DNA from: a virus
Reading direction: 5' to 3' (one strand)
Length of the DNA: 64,000 nt
Virus record (IMG/VR): IMGVR_UViG_3300045988_137040
Shown: piece by piece, positions 35,038 to 44,305 of the stretch
Layout: every line of letters begins with the position of its first letter
Position numbering within the stretch: position 1 is the stretch's first letter
Notes under the pieces: model-generated
What the model was told of the DNA's origin: nothing
Database searches by the model: none
What the model saw: the letters and a program-made list of their open reading frames with translations, nothing else
Position numbers and translations under genes: made by a program

Positions 35038-35568
35038 TTAAGCGTTGTCTTTTCCTTTGCCGGCCTCGTTCATATTTGGCTCCTCTTTGTCGTCCGGCAA
35101 AGGAGCGTTCATCAGTCGAAGCGTCACTTCCGCAAGACAGTGCTGCCACCGCTTTTTCATGTCGCCACCCTCGCGTTCCACGACATCGAGCCGTTTATAC
35201 AGTTCCGTCTCTAACAAGGCGATGGAGCCGTGGCCATAGGCGGGGACGTCTGGGTTCGACAGCTGTTGCTCGCAGTAGCAAAGGAAACGCAGGGCACGCT
35301 GACGAGCCGCATGATATGCTTCACGGATATGCTCTGAGAGGTGCTTGTAGTAAGCCACCCCATTCCTATCTCCGCTTTTCTCCAAGTCTTTGTCTTTTTT
35401 ATGCTTTTTCCACTTCTTGGCTTTCTTCTCTAATAAGATTTCGAGGATTGCCTGAGCTGCGATTTCCGTATCGTCTGGTTCTGGTGTCATAGGCGCGTCA
35501 TCTATGCCTTGGATGCGCAAAGGCGTTATGGGCGAGGCCTTCTTGCGTTTGAATATGTTTATTTTCAT
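35038..35568 (-). CDS. hypothetical charged helical protein (176 aa)
   Basis: ORF between the putative portal gene and the tape measure gene. No motif recognised. Confidence 0.45.
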   Translation of the reverse strand: MKINIFKRKKASPITPLRIQGIDDAPMTPEPDDTEIAAQAILEILLEKKAKKWKKHKKDKDLEKSGDRNGVAYYKHLSEHIREAYHAARQRALRFLCYCEQQLSNPDVPAYGHGSIALLETELYKRLDVVEREGGDMKKRWQHCLAEVTLRLMNAPLPDDKEEPNMNEAGKGKDNA

Positions 35569-35579
35569 GATTTCACTGT

Positions 35580-37508
35580 TTATGCGTTCTCACCGGAGAT
35601 GGTTTCCACCGTGCCGGTCTTACTGTTATCGAGGGTTGTGAGCGTCTGCTGCTTGATATGCCATTCGGCTTTCGCCCAGCCATTATAGTTTGCTACGGCG
35701 TTGAGAAAACGGCAATAGCCACGTTGGTGTATAGATAGCATCTGTTGCTTGAGCAATTGCATCTCACGCAGTGCCGTGCCACCATTAGAGGCCGCCACCA
35801 TTGGCACTCCCACGAGACGAGGATCCACCTGCAGGGCAAGGAAGATAGGGGAGGTGCTTAACTCTAATTCATCCTTACCGGCTTTCACCGTGTCGGAGGA
35901 CGTGTCTTTTACATCAACCACCTCGATGTTATGGTGCTCCTTGCCATCAGCTCCGAGCCACATGAATTGACGCATCATTTTGCCGTTGTTCTCCCTGTGC
36001 CGCAAGAACTCTTCCACGTTGCTGTCGAGGTTGTCAATGAACTCCCGTTGCTTCTCGGCATTGCCTTTATAGCCTTCGTCGGCAAACACTTGGTCAAGGT
36101 AGTCAAGGGAGATGTAGATAATCCTGCCCCACGACGTGTTGTTCTCACGCTGCTTATACTTGTCGTAGAGGATGGTGGCCGAGAAGTCGAAAGCCTTGGA
36201 GGTAAACACGCTCCACCATGTGCATTGCGGGTAATAAGGCTTTTGACCGCTTGGATAGAATGTAGGGCATACTATCCATGTTGGGCGATCCTTGATGCGT
36301 GTCTTGACATTCGACTGCACGAGATAGCGTATCTCGGATAAAAGATGTTGTGGCATGGCACAAGGATACATCTTGAACGAGTTGTCAACAGGCGTGCCGA
36401 CAACCTCTACTTTCGTGCCAAAGGCACCCTTGGTGCGAAGACTGTCAGAAAAATAGACATTACGGATGTAGCGGTTCCTGTTCATCACTCCCAACCTTGT
36501 TGAATGGCACGGCAAGAAACCTATTCGTGTGATACGAGGTTTCTCTGGATAATCCCAACGCCGAGACCGTCCTCGCTGCAACCCCACAGTGGGAAAGTAG
36601 ATGTTCAGCATCATGTTGTCTGTCATGCACTGCGACAGGTGCAAATCAATGTCATTCTCCTCGACAAATTCCTTCGCCCCTGGAATATGGGTATAGGTGC
36701 GCAAGTCCTCGTTTGGCTCATTGGGATTATCACATACTTCGTAGCCGTAGTATGATTTTTCCCAGTCTTGCAGTTCTTGCTTCGCCCTTTGCAAAGCCAC
36801 ACTGTCTTTGTGAGTTGGTTCGTATAGGTTTGACACGATGCTTGACGCGTCAGAGGAACGCTCTTGTTCCTCGAGTTCGTCGATGCGCTGCCGCAGAACA
36901 TCTCCTGCATCCTTGTATTCTACAAGGTCATTAGGGCCGAGACGGTACATAAGCCTGGCACCTAACCCTCCTGCAAGGTCGGCGAGGTACTGGAGTGGGG
37001 CGGCGGTGTAAGGACTTGACATCGCCAAAGGTGGAATTACGGATGGAATATTATCAGCAGTTCCCCATTTGACATAGCCATCGCCCAACGTTTTACCATC
37101 TTCACCCGTAGGCTTGACGATAGGTTCGTTATTACTATAAAAGCTCCACGCCACGCTTGCCAATGGCCCATTGCTCCAAGAGCCTGCGCCTAACGCGCAC
37201 GCCATATCTTGTGCTCCAGACCGGGCGGCATCTGCGACAGCAAGACTGATGTTTCTCACGTCGCCATTCTTCAGCAAATCGACGGCGACATAGCCACGTC
37301 CATTGAGATCGCGGTTAATACGCTCAAAGTCCTGTTTAGTTTTAGGGTGCTGTATCATGATGCCGCCCATGCTTGTAGGGTTTAATCTTGCAGATTTCCT
37401 ACCCAGATTTGCCATCGACTTTCCGGTACCATTCTTTCTACTCATAATTTTTTTGAGATGTAAATTTACCCGAAAGTTATCTTTTTTTTGTGTTGCCGTC
37501 AAGGGCAT
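35580..37508 (-). CDS. putative portal protein (642 aa)
   Basis: Size is right, and the C-terminal segment LELSTSPIFLALQVDPRLVGVPMVAASNGGTALREMQLLKQQM resembles portal clip/tunnel regions (..gvP..l.g..). The functional call is weak. Confidence 0.35.
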   Translation of the reverse strand: MPLTATQKKDNFRVNLHLKKIMSRKNGTGKSMANLGRKSARLNPTSMGGIMIQHPKTKQDFERINRDLNGRGYVAVDLLKNGDVRNISLAVADAARSGAQDMACALGAGSWSNGPLASVAWSFYSNNEPIVKPTGEDGKTLGDGYVKWGTADNIPSVIPPLAMSSPYTAAPLQYLADLAGGLGARLMYRLGPNDLVEYKDAGDVLRQRIDELEEQERSSDASSIVSNLYEPTHKDSVALQRAKQELQDWEKSYYGYEVCDNPNEPNEDLRTYTHIPGAKEFVEENDIDLHLSQCMTDNMMLNIYFPTVGLQRGRSRRWDYPEKPRITRIGFLPCHSTRLGVMNRNRYIRNVYFSDSLRTKGAFGTKVEVVGTPVDNSFKMYPCAMPQHLLSEIRYLVQSNVKTRIKDRPTWIVCPTFYPSGQKPYYPQCTWWSVFTSKAFDFSATILYDKYKQRENNTSWGRIIYISLDYLDQVFADEGYKGNAEKQREFIDNLDSNVEEFLRHRENNGKMMRQFMWLGADGKEHHNIEVVDVKDTSSDTVKAGKDELELSTSPIFLALQVDPRLVGVPMVAASNGGTALREMQLLKQQMLSIHQRGYCRFLNAVANYNGWAKAEWHIKQQTLTTLDNSKTGTVETISGENA

Positions 37509-37760
37509 AAAAGTGGTGAAAAACGGCGTGTCCCGACCTCACGGCCAAGCCACGCCCTCTGGTTCAGCCGTCTCCCGACGGCCGTCCCCCTCATAAGTTT
37601 AATTAACCTATCACAAAAAGAAAACCAAAAACTAAATCAAATACGTTATCCTGAATAATCTCTTTTACCTTTGTCTACCCAATGCCTATCACGCCTATAT
37701 CGTTTCTTCCCTCGTTCTTTCCTTTCCTCGTTCTTTCCTTCCCTCGCTCTTTCCTTTCCT

Positions 37761-38282
37761 TCACTTCGTCCACAGCGTCAGCCACACGTCCGCGAACCCT
37801 GCCACCTCGGCCCAATAGAGCCTGTGAAAGTACGTCTTGCCCCTGCTCATGTACCAAACGTTATCCAGTATCTTATATGCCTCCGCCACGGCCACATAAG
37901 CCGCATACATGGACGCCACGAGCACCGTAGGCCACCAGTTCACGCTCGTCGCCCAGCCCACGCAGCCAATGGCCGCCACCATCGCGCCGCCCTTGTGTAC
38001 CGGGTACGTGTCCCTGTCGCAGTAGTTAGGCGCGACACCCACTATCATGAGCCCCACGCAGCCCAGGAACGCCAGCGGTTGCGCGCCGCCTGCCTCCAGC
38101 ATCACGGGCAGCATGGCGAGCGCGCTGCACATCATCACCATAGAGAACACGAACCCCATATTCTTCCTCCAGTCCTCAAGCTGATAGAACGTGTCGCTCA
38201 CCATTTCGGGCAGTCCGAATTTCCATGCCATAATCACAAAATACGCGGCCAGCACCGCGAACGCAATAATCGAAATCATCAT
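37761..38282 (-). CDS. polytopic membrane protein (173 aa)
   Basis: At least four hydrophobic segments. Adjacent to the lysis genes. Confidence 0.55.
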   Translation of the reverse strand: MMISIIAFAVLAAYFVIMAWKFGLPEMVSDTFYQLEDWRKNMGFVFSMVMMCSALAMLPVMLEAGGAQPLAFLGCVGLMIVGVAPNYCDRDTYPVHKGGAMVAAIGCVGWATSVNWWPTVLVASMYAAYVAVAEAYKILDNVWYMSRGKTYFHRLYWAEVAGFADVWLTLWTK

Positions 38283-38361
38283 AATATCTTTTTTGTCTTA
38301 AAAATCTATCTATAATAGTCTATAAAGGCCTATCGCCCTTAAAGAGATTCTTCCGTCTTCA

Positions 38362-38976
38362 CTAAAAGATTCTCCACGTGCATCCCACGCCCACCCACAC
38401 GTCGGGCTTCCTCGTGAAGACCCCATACCCGAAGCCACCCGTCAGCCCCACGTTGAAGCGCCTGTTCTTCACTCTCCCCTCTACGCTCTTCGTTACGACC
38501 ACCGTCTTCCGATACACCTCAATGCTGTCCAGCCTCGGCTCATATCCGCTCACCCACGCCGTGTAAGTGCTGTCCCCGTATCGCTTCTGCGTCCGTGGGA
38601 CAACAGCCCATACCGTGTCCTTCCGTGCGAACTTACCTATTTCCTGCGCCTTTGAGTCACCGTCATTGCCCGTATGTCCGTCCATGACCTCAGACAGGCG
38701 GCCCGGCTCAAAGACCTCTATCTCTGCCTTGGGAACGGTCGGTTCTGTGGGGAGTGCCACCGGCACCCGTATCACCCCTGTCACCACGCTATCCTTGGCC
38801 ATCGGCATCGTCTGCCTCACAGTGTCCCTTATCGTCACCGTGTCCACGGTCACCATTCCCTTGCCGTCGCGCGAATGGTAGTTGCAGTGGTTAGCCAGCC
38901 CAGCCCCAAGGCAGAAGCCAGCGAACGCCACCGCCGCCATCACCCCGACAATATTGTCTTTCTCTTTCTTGTTCAT
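38362..38976 (-). CDS. membrane-anchored protein (204 aa), possible spanin-like lysis accessory
   Basis: N-terminal TM segment VGVMAAVAFAGFCLGAGLA. The C-terminus GLTGGFGYGVF...VGVGCTWRIF ends in an aromatic residue like outer-membrane beta-signals. Located directly downstream of the endolysin. Confidence 0.45.
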   Translation of the reverse strand: MNKKEKDNIVGVMAAVAFAGFCLGAGLANHCNYHSRDGKGMVTVDTVTIRDTVRQTMPMAKDSVVTGVIRVPVALPTEPTVPKAEIEVFEPGRLSEVMDGHTGNDGDSKAQEIGKFARKDTVWAVVPRTQKRYGDSTYTAWVSGYEPRLDSIEVYRKTVVVTKSVEGRVKNRRFNVGLTGGFGYGVFTRKPDVWVGVGCTWRIF

Positions 38977-39006
38977 GTCTATCTTGTCTATAAAAGTTTA
39001 CTTTCT

Positions 39007-39546
39007 CTAAACCTCCGATATGCAGCTGTTCGCCTTCTTCAGCCACGCCAAGCGGTCGGCCATGCCGTTCGTGCCGCCGTTGATCCGCTTGGTGAGAGCC
39101 GTATAAGCGTCTTTGTCGGCGTAGATGTTCAAGTTGTTCCGCCGCCAGAACCACAGCGCCGACAGTATCGCGTATTTCGGCCGCTCCAGCAGCTCCGGGT
39201 GGTTCACGCAGTCAATCTTCAAATCCTTGGCCAGAGCCGTATAGTTCGCTTTCCCCGTGATTTGTATGTACCCACGACCCTTGTACCGTTGACCGTCTCC
39301 GTCCTTCTCAGGCGTGTTGCCGAGCATCCTCGCCTTTCGCCCCGTGTCATAGGCAGCTCCTGAGCCTATCTCCTTCGTGTACGTCAACCCCGCGCTCTCG
39401 TGCCCAATCTGCGCCAAGAAGTATCTCAATCTCCTCACCGTGTCGAATCCATATTCCGCCATCAACGGGTTCATGGTTCTCACTATCTCGAATATCTGCC
39501 TTTCCTTTCCTTTCCCGAAAAGGCTAACTAATTCACTTGCCAGCAT
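39007..39546 (-). CDS. endolysin, glycoside hydrolase family 19 type
   Basis: YFLAQIGHESAGL and YKGRGYIQITGKANY match the GH19 catalytic signatures. Also ALWFWRRNNLN and INGGTNG. Confidence 0.85.
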   Translation of the reverse strand: MLASELVSLFGKGKERQIFEIVRTMNPLMAEYGFDTVRRLRYFLAQIGHESAGLTYTKEIGSGAAYDTGRKARMLGNTPEKDGDGQRYKGRGYIQITGKANYTALAKDLKIDCVNHPELLERPKYAILSALWFWRRNNLNIYADKDAYTALTKRINGGTNGMADRLAWLKKANSCISEV

Positions 39547-39615
39547 CTTTTCTGCCTCCTGTTTTTTTATGTTATCGTTGTTATTGTCATTGCCTATTCA
39601 GCCAGTCAGGTCTAT

Positions 39616-40305
39616 TCAGCCCACCAAGCTATCCTTGCCGCCGTGTTCGCCGTCACCCTCGGCGGGACCTGTGTTCCCCTCGCTGGAGCTTGCGTCAAAG
39701 TCAATCATCTCCGGGTAGCCTGTGGTGTAGTCATAGTCGCACACCTCCTCCACGGTCGTCAGCTTCTCCACCGCTTGCAGGTGCTTCTCCGTCGCGTTCT
39801 GACATTCTGAGGCATACTGCTCAATCTTGGCCAGCATATCCCTGTAGGTCTCTATCGGCATCGTGTATTCCGTGCCGTCCCACATCTTCGTCATCGTCTT
39901 CTCCCCGTTGTGCTCGTAAGCGTCCAGCGCGATGGTCACCGCCAGCCTCTCTTGCAGCGTCAGCCACATCCGCTTGCCGCCCAGCTTAAAGCCGTTCACC
40001 TCCGCGGAGTTGTTGTAGGCGTTTATCTCGGCCACCTTGCCGGCAATAGCGTCGGAGAGCGTAGGCACGAGATGGGGCGGCTCTGGCGTCTCCTCCGTAC
40101 CCGGTGAAGAGCCTTCGCCAACATGCTCAGCGGCGTGCTCCTTCACGTATGCCTCATATTCGTCACGGCATACTTCCGTGTAGTTCTCCGCCTTGTCGTA
40201 ACGTCCGAGGACAACAGTTTCCGAAAAGCTGTCACCGTTCCTCAGCATCATGCCCTCCGAGGCCGAAAGCACCGTCAGGCCGTTTATCTTCTTTGTTTCT
40301 TCCAT
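39616..40305 (-). CDS. tail-fiber chaperone-like protein (229 aa), paralog of 43836..44273
   Basis: Immediately downstream of the LRR fiber gene. The C-terminal ~130 aa are near-identical to the other paralog (NGFKLGGKRMWLTL.ER.AV.IALDAYEHNGE ... TTVEEVCDYDYTTGYPEMIDFDASSS). Confidence 0.5.
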   Translation of the reverse strand: MEETKKINGLTVLSASEGMMLRNGDSFSETVVLGRYDKAENYTEVCRDEYEAYVKEHAAEHVGEGSSPGTEETPEPPHLVPTLSDAIAGKVAEINAYNNSAEVNGFKLGGKRMWLTLQERLAVTIALDAYEHNGEKTMTKMWDGTEYTMPIETYRDMLAKIEQYASECQNATEKHLQAVEKLTTVEEVCDYDYTTGYPEMIDFDASSSEGNTGPAEGDGEHGGKDSLVG

Positions 40306-40329
40306 AATGTTGTTTTTTAATCATTCCGT

Positions 40330-42690
40330 TTATTCAAACTGCACCGTCCAGCCCTTGTCCGTAGCTATCTTCAGGTCGTCGTCCGATATGGAGTCTGAAC
40401 CCTTGCCGCCAAGGCTCACCGGCTTGTTGTTAACGCCGAGAGTCAGCGTCTTGGCCTCCGTCACCATCTCCAAACCGTTGATGACGACCATGCAGCTGTC
40501 ACGGGTCATGCGGCTTGACACTGCCCTGAAGTCGTTACGTATGCCCCTCAGCGTACCTGTAAGCTCCCTGGGGTTAGTTCCCCACTCGAAGAGGTCGATA
40601 CTGTCGCACGGCGAAAAGTCTATAAGTCCTATCCTCAGCGTCTTGAGCCGGTTTAAGCCAGTGAAACATCCACCCCAGTCATTGCATTTCGTGATATTGC
40701 AGCTGCTGAGGTCTATTTCCCGAAGGCTCGCGCAGTCTCGGAAGCATAATCTCATATTCGTCACGTTTCCTAACGTCCACTTGCTCGTATCAAGAGTCAG
40801 AAGAGAGCTGCATGCGAAGAAGCATTCAAACATATTCGTCACGTTCGCAAGCGTCCATTTGCTCGTGTCGAGAGACTGAAGTTTCTCGCACTTACCGAGG
40901 CATCTTGACATATTCGTCACGTTCGCAAGCGTCCACTTGCTCGTGTCAAGAGTCAGAAGATTCGCGCAGCCATTGAAGCAACTTTCCATATTCGTCACGT
41001 TTCCTAACGTCCACTTGCTCGTGTCAAGAGACATAAGATTCGCGCAGCCATTGAAGCAACTTTCCATATTCGTCACGTTTCCTAACGTCCACTTGCTCGT
41101 GTCAAGAGACATAAGAAGTCTGCAATCGTAGAAGCATCGAAGCATATTCGTCACGTTCGCAAGCATCATATTTTCGGGGAGCGTGAGCGTCTTGAGGCCC
41201 GAAGCATAATATAAGAAATAAGTCATATCAGTAGCTGCCTCGAAGTCCCAGCCGCTGAGGTCAAGACTTCTGATTAATATGTTTCTGCGATAACCTATCA
41301 CCATGCAATTCCCTTCTCCCGGCATGATGCTCCGCTTCCCTGCGTAATAGACAGCAGCTGCGTTCGGACCAAGCTGTTCCGTGTTCGGCATGCTCTTGAC
41401 ATTTCCATCATTAGCGTCGAGATACACGAACTCGTCCGTGCCCTTGATGGTGTTCTTTATCGCCTCCACAAGCTTGACATCCACCTCGAGGTGGTTGTCC
41501 TTGATATACTGCAACAGCTCTTCGAGATGCGCCGCCTTCTCCGTGAATCCCTGCTCCCTTTCGCCCTCAGCCGTCACCCTTTCGCCCTCAGCCGTCACCC
41601 TTTCGCCCTCAGCTGTCACCCTTTCGCCCTCTGCTGTCACCCTTGCGTTCTCTGCTGTTACACGGGCGTTCTCGGCTATTACGCGTCCCTGCTCGGCAGC
41701 CAATCTTTGCCCCTCGCTGTTCTCGCGCACCTGTTCGGCTTGCACTCTCTCCGCCTCACTGCTTGCGCGTGTCTTCTCGGCTTCCTGCCTTGCCTCTTCC
41801 GCCTCAGTTCTCGCGTTTTCAGCCGTCACCCTTTCGCTCTCTGCCGTCGCCCTTGCGTTCTCAGCGTCAGCCCTCGCGTCCTCTGCCGTAACACGGGCGT
41901 TTTCAGCCGTCACCCTTGCGTTCTCTGCGTCAGCCCTCGCGCCCTCTGCCGTAACACGGACGTTTTCTGTCTCTACGCGTCCCTGCTCTGCCGTCACCCT
42001 TGTGTTTTCTGCGTCAACCCTTGCGCTCTCAGCCGTCACACGGACGGCTTCTGCCTCTACGCGAGCGTTCTCGGCGTCAGCCCTCGCGTTCTCGGCTGAC
42101 TCGCGCACCTGTTCTGCTTGCACTCTTTCCGCCTCAGTGCTTGCGCGTGTAAGCTCAGCTTGCACCCTTGCCTCTTCGCTCTTCGCCCTTAGTTCTTCAC
42201 TTTTTACCCTTCCCTCTTCACTCGCCTTTATCGTGTCGCTCAGCTCGCTCATCACCTTATTCTGCGCCTGCGCCTCCTTTACCAGCGCTTCCAGCTCCCT
42301 GTCAGGCGGCAGCACCACCACAGCCGTGTCCATCTCCACCGAGTTCTCGCCCTCGTCGGTCTCGCCCAGTTCCGTGTCGGCGTCAGCGTTCCTGTCAACG
42401 ATAGCCACCTGCTCATACTCGTTGCTACGCCAATCATTCCCGAATATCTTTCCGCGCACCTCCAGCGCGTAAGTGCCCAGTGGTATCCGGTCTCCCTCGA
42501 CCCTCGCCACAATCACGTTGTCCTCTTTCGCGTCAATTGTGTGAGCCAGCTCCAGCCGCCTGTACGCCGAGCACAACCTCACCACGATGTCGGTACAGCC
42601 CGGCAACGGGAACGCCACCTTCTCGCCCTCAACTATCTTCACCACGGGTATCCTCATTGTGAAGTCATTACCTCTCACTATCCTTTTCAT
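40330..42690 (-). CDS. receptor-binding tail fiber with heptad-repeat stalk and C-terminal DUF285/BspA-like leucine-rich repeats (786 aa)
   Basis: About 245 aa of AENARVT/GERVTAE heptads, then seven or more 23-aa units of the type LDTSKWTLGNVTNMxxCFxGCxxLxS. Confidence 0.65.
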   Translation of the reverse strand: MKRIVRGNDFTMRIPVVKIVEGEKVAFPLPGCTDIVVRLCSAYRRLELAHTIDAKEDNVIVARVEGDRIPLGTYALEVRGKIFGNDWRSNEYEQVAIVDRNADADTELGETDEGENSVEMDTAVVVLPPDRELEALVKEAQAQNKVMSELSDTIKASEEGRVKSEELRAKSEEARVQAELTRASTEAERVQAEQVRESAENARADAENARVEAEAVRVTAESARVDAENTRVTAEQGRVETENVRVTAEGARADAENARVTAENARVTAEDARADAENARATAESERVTAENARTEAEEARQEAEKTRASSEAERVQAEQVRENSEGQRLAAEQGRVIAENARVTAENARVTAEGERVTAEGERVTAEGERVTAEGEREQGFTEKAAHLEELLQYIKDNHLEVDVKLVEAIKNTIKGTDEFVYLDANDGNVKSMPNTEQLGPNAAAVYYAGKRSIMPGEGNCMVIGYRRNILIRSLDLSGWDFEAATDMTYFLYYASGLKTLTLPENMMLANVTNMLRCFYDCRLLMSLDTSKWTLGNVTNMESCFNGCANLMSLDTSKWTLGNVTNMESCFNGCANLLTLDTSKWTLANVTNMSRCLGKCEKLQSLDTSKWTLANVTNMFECFFACSSLLTLDTSKWTLGNVTNMRLCFRDCASLREIDLSSCNITKCNDWGGCFTGLNRLKTLRIGLIDFSPCDSIDLFEWGTNPRELTGTLRGIRNDFRAVSSRMTRDSCMVVINGLEMVTEAKTLTLGVNNKPVSLGGKGSDSISDDDLKIATDKGWTVQFE
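40740..41170 (-). repeat. 69-bp tandem repeats encoding the LRR units
   Basis: Units begin catattcgtcacgtt...gtccacttgctcgtgtcaagag. Two adjacent units (about 40986-41054 and 41055-41123) appear identical. Confidence 0.8.
41505..42243 (-). repeat. 21-bp (heptad) tandem repeat tract
   Basis: For example, four consecutive near-perfect copies of ccctttcgccctcagccgtca at about 41556-41645. Degenerate copies continue across the whole tract. Confidence 0.8.
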
Positions 42691-42748
42691 GTACTGTTTC
42701 CTTATTAAGCCTATTGTTTACCTACATTGATTCCTCACTCTCCCATCT

Positions 42749-43357
42749 TCACTCGTCACTTTTCCTTCCCTCTTCACTCTCCGCCTTCCTGAACGCCTCG
42801 TTCACGGCCTCGCCCATGGCTGGGTCTTTCTGCCTTGCCAACGCCACGGCGAAACCCTTGCCAAAAGCCATCAGATACCCCTTGATGGTGCGCTTCTCTA
42901 TCCTCACGTTGTGTATGTAGAGGAAGTGGCCACCTATGGAGCTTATCTCGCACAGGCAGGCTATCACGCCGCCGACCCACGCGCCGAAGATGTAGTTTAT
43001 GCCCACGAGCGGCAGAAAGCCAGCGCCTATCGCTTCAGCCACCATCATCAGCATGAGGTAGTCGATAAACTTGTTCAGGCTACGCCGCCACGCCCGCGAG
43101 CGGTGGAACTTATACACCTCCGCCAGCACCTTGTCACCTTGCTTTAACGCCTTGTCGCGCCTTAGCCTGCTCTCCTTGCAGCCGAAGCGGAAGTCGAGCA
43201 TACATAGCAAGCCTATCGCTATCCAAATCCACTTAGAGTCCGCCAGCATCTGCGTTATCTCCGAGGAGAACAACGTCATGCCGAATGCTCTTACCCCTGT
43301 ATGCACGCTGTTCCCCGTAAGAAAACTTGTCTGTAATACCGAGCTGCCCATCGTCAT
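42749..43357 (-). CDS. membrane protein, possible holin-family protein (202 aa)
   Basis: Several TM segments. The segment LDFRFG...SRAWRRSLNKFIDYLML is reminiscent of phage holin_4-type proteins. Weak call. Confidence 0.4.
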   Translation of the reverse strand: MTMGSSVLQTSFLTGNSVHTGVRAFGMTLFSSEITQMLADSKWIWIAIGLLCMLDFRFGCKESRLRRDKALKQGDKVLAEVYKFHRSRAWRRSLNKFIDYLMLMMVAEAIGAGFLPLVGINYIFGAWVGGVIACLCEISSIGGHFLYIHNVRIEKRTIKGYLMAFGKGFAVALARQKDPAMGEAVNEAFRKAESEEGRKSDE

Positions 43358-43445
43358 ACCTTACTTGTTATTGTCGTTATCGTTCTTTTCGTTCTCACGA
43401 TTCTATATTCTTCACTCTTCGTTCTTCACTCTAAGGGGGAGGGGT

Positions 43446-43742
43446 CTACATCATCCACAACCCGCAACCAATCACGCCGCCAATGCACATGAAAGCCCAG
43501 TCCAGCGCGTCGCTCTCACCCTCATAGGTCTGGTCGGCGACCTCCTTCAAGATGCCCACCACCACTGTCACCATCAAGGCGAAGCCAGCGCACGTCCAGC
43601 GTCCCTCGCCAGCCACGCCCTGCATCAGCATGGCCGTGAAGAAGGCTATCACCAAGCCAGCCAATAAGTGCAAGTACCTGTCAGCCCCTGCCTTTGCCAG
43701 CCACTCACCAATACTCTTAAACACATTGTAAACCTTTTTCAT
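43446..43742 (-). CDS. small 3-TM membrane protein (98 aa), holin/antiholin candidate
   Basis: Three hydrophobic segments, small size, adjacent to another membrane protein. Confidence 0.45.
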   Translation of the reverse strand: MKKVYNVFKSIGEWLAKAGADRYLHLLAGLVIAFFTAMLMQGVAGEGRWTCAGFALMVTVVVGILKEVADQTYEGESDALDWAFMCIGGVIGCGLWMM

Positions 43743-43835
43743 AATTTCTTTGCCTTTAATCGTTAAACATTCATTTCCGTTCTCCTCTGCCCAATATGCC
43801 CATCAAAGCCCAAGGGGTAGCCGCACGGCCATTCT

Positions 43836-44273
43836 TCACTCATCAAAAGAGCCCCCCTTGCTGGAGCTTGCGTCAAAGTCAATCATCTCCGGGTAGCCTG
43901 TGGTGTAGTCATAGTCGCACACCTCCTCCACGGTCGTCAGTTTCTCCACGGCTTGCAAGTGCCTCTCCGTGACGTTCTGACACTCCGAGGCGTACTGCTC
44001 AATCCTCGCCAGCATGTCCCTGTAAGTCGCCAGTGGGAACGTGTATTCCACGCCGTCCCAAATCTTCGTCATTTCGGTCTCGCCGTTGTGCTCGTAAGCG
44101 TCCAGGGCTATCTTCACCGCCTGTCGCTCCTCCAGCGTGAGCCACATCCGCTTGCCGCCCATCTTGAAGCCGTTTACCTCCGATGAGTTGTTGTAGCCGT
44201 TAATCTCGGTTATAGTGTCGTTCTTCGCGCCTTGCAAGTAGCGCGCCTTCATTGCCTCACTGTCCCTTGCCAT
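43836..44273 (-). CDS. tail-fiber chaperone-like protein (145 aa), paralog of 39616..40305
   Basis: Immediately downstream of the 1642-aa fiber gene. Shares an 80-81-bp stretch identical at the DNA level with the paralog (43861-43940 vs 39682-39762). Confidence 0.5.
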   Translation of the reverse strand: MARDSEAMKARYLQGAKNDTITEINGYNNSSEVNGFKMGGKRMWLTLEERQAVKIALDAYEHNGETEMTKIWDGVEYTFPLATYRDMLARIEQYASECQNVTERHLQAVEKLTTVEEVCDYDYTTGYPEMIDFDASSSKGGSFDE

Positions 44274-44305
44274 AATCTGTCCGTTTTTATTAAGTCTATC
44301 ATTGT

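Noticed and set aside
35580-37508. Alternative reading: 642-aa protein as tail sheath, 176-aa protein as tube, 187-aa protein as chaperone (myovirus order upstream of the tape measure gene)
   Set aside because: The 176-aa protein is highly charged and helical, unlike a beta-rich tube protein. The 642-aa protein has a basic N-terminus and portal-like C-terminal motifs. The portal call is kept, at low confidence.
37700-37750. Tandem ~16-bp pyrimidine-rich repeats (cctcgttctttccttt x3), and similar GAGTGAAGA purine-rich tracts near 43380-43430, 42730-42790 and 11470-11510
   Set aside because: Short, degenerate and partly coding (C-terminal ESE tails). Probably leader or composition features. 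I could not attach a specific function.
39616-44273. Diversity-generating retroelement (template/variable repeat pair), suggested by the duplicated ~440-bp segment
   Set aside because: No reverse transcriptase or Avd-like gene is in the window. Differences between the copies are mixed transitions and transversions, not adenine-specific. The repeats are whole paralogous genes.
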